This document shows, piece after piece, positions 62,480 through 64,000 of a stretch of 64,000 nt of DNA. Location of the stretch: NCBI GenBank assembly GCA_013239625.1, contig MU054220.1:3473374-3537373 (forward strand), read 5' to 3'. A model generated the notes under the pieces. The model searched no databases. It saw only the letters and a list, made by a program, of their open reading frames with translations, and was not told the DNA's origin. This DNA is from Lama guanicoe (Eukaryota). Positions within the stretch are counted from its first letter, which is position 1. Every line of letters starts with the position of its first letter. The position numbers and the translations under genes are program-made.

Positions 62480-64000
62480 GTGAGTTCATATTTTTCTATT
62501 GTGAAAATACTGAAGTAGATGCCCTTAGGCATATATTTTGTGTGCTTCTCTCATAATTCCCTTGGAATAAGTTCTGGAAGTGGAATTTCAGGGTCAAATT
62601 GTGCACAACTTCACATCCTGAAATCTTTTGCCAAATCGCCCTCCAGAAAGGTACCAATGTCAGTTCTCATTGGCTTTGTGTGAGCCTGCTTGTTTCACTA
62701 AACCCTTATGCTGAACATCATCTGTCTGCTTGATTCTCAGTAATTTGATGTGCAGGTGATCTGTCTCATTGCTGTTTTAAATTACATGATATTGTTAGCA
62801 AGATGAGCATATTTCCATGTGTTTATTAATCTTTTTGGTTCTTTTGTGAATTGCTTGATCACATCCTTTGTCCATTTTAAATTTGGGATCTTGTGTCTTT
62901 TTTATTGATTTATAAATGTAGTTTACATATTAAGGATAACAAAAGCCTTTGAAATCTATAATTTTTCAATATTTTTCAATAGATTTCAAATCTATAATTT
63001 TCTCAATTCAGAAAATTTTTGGTAAATGTATTTATGATATTTTTTGCTATATGGAAATTTGAGTGTTTTGTTCTTTCCTTATGGATTTGTGAGCATAATG
63101 AGAAAGACTTTCTCCTTTAGAAAATTATAAAAACATTCTGTTAGATTTTTTTCTAGTTTTTTTTGTTTAATATTAAAAAAATTGATCCACCTAGAATTTA
63201 TTTTGGTGCAGAGTATAACATAGGGATCAGATTTTATTATTTTCCTTAATGGATATCTAGTTGTCTTAACATCATTCTATGATAATTCATCCATTTCTTA
63301 TTGCAGTACCATCTTTATCTCGTGCTAAATTTCCATTTCATACATATATCTATTTTTTGTCTCTCTAATATGTATATTGATCATTTGTCTCTTTGTTCAG
63401 TACCAAACTGTTTAAATTTCTATAGCTTCATATATTTTAATATTAGATGAGACATAGCCCCCACTTTACCTGATCTTTTTATTTTAATTAACTGGGTCTA
63501 ATTCCTAGAGGCAGAAATTTTGACTCTTAGATGGTATTTTCCTTTATACTCCAAATTGTAGGTTTACATGGCTAGCTTTTGATTAAACAATTTCAGACAT
63601 TATCTGTTGATTTTCTGACATGGTGAATGAGTCTTCCATCCATTTACAGTCTGTCTTCCCTCATGCCTCCCCTCCCCACCACCACCTTGGGCTCAGTCTG
63701 GTCACATCTCAGTGTTGGGCTGTGTCCCTGCTCAGTGTGTTCATTACAACAACCATGTGAATGTTGTGAATTGCTAAGCCAAAGACACACTGTAATTAAG
63801 TTTCCTTGATTTTACAGCTTTTCTTTTTTCCTAGAGTTCATAATAGGCCTGTTGGTTTTCATTTGTTTAGTTTTTTTTTAAACACTTAAGATTTTATTCC
63901 AACACTGTAGAATGCCTTTCACTACAATTTTCAACATCCTCAAACCTGTTAGATTATATAACAGAACCTTTCCCACCCACCCCCAGAGGTTTTTTTTCTT
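62480..64000 (-). mobile_element. Old AT-rich L1ME-like fragment
   Basis: gccaaatcgccctccagaaagg, ttgatccacctagaatttattttggtg, tggatatctagttgtc. Confidence 0.7.

Noticed and set aside
1..64000. CRISPR arrays, tRNA/rRNA/snRNA genes, processed pseudogenes, intact retroviral or transposase ORFs, or a novel multi-gene system
   Set aside because: None recognised by eye. A covariance-model search (Infernal/Rfam) and TBLASTX would be needed to exclude faint cases.

Overview
Placental-mammal genomic DNA, probably a cetartiodactyl and possibly a camelid (inferred from the youngest L1 3' UTR and the absence of Alu/B1/BovB/PRE1/CanSINE). The window holds the 5' half of PRDM11 on the minus strand: a CpG-island promoter with a probable non-coding first exon (~54.3-54.5 kb), a ~32 kb first intron, a second CpG island just upstream of the start-codon exon, and three coding exons (21995-22113, 21530-21633, 20703-20965; 119+104+263 nt, phase-compatible) encoding the N-terminus, PR zinc knuckle and first part of the PR/SET domain. 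I did not find the next exon (IVDKNNRYK...) in the remaining 20.7 kb, so it probably lies beyond position 1. The rest is mostly old interspersed repeats (L1, L2, L3/CR1, MIR, MLT1/MER21/LTR40, MER2B, MER5A, MER20, MER58B, MER63, MER94, MER96, MER102), two N gaps and one false duplication at the promoter. I see no evidence of a new multi-gene system. The best second-look items are a double-tailed L1 (likely 3' transduction) inside MER2B, a 37-nt locally templated insertion, the promoter assembly artefact, a candidate uORF, paired TTAACCCTTT motifs and a dual-CpG-island promoter layout. Repeat family names come from my recall of consensus sequences, and repeat boundaries are approximate unless termini or TSDs are quoted.
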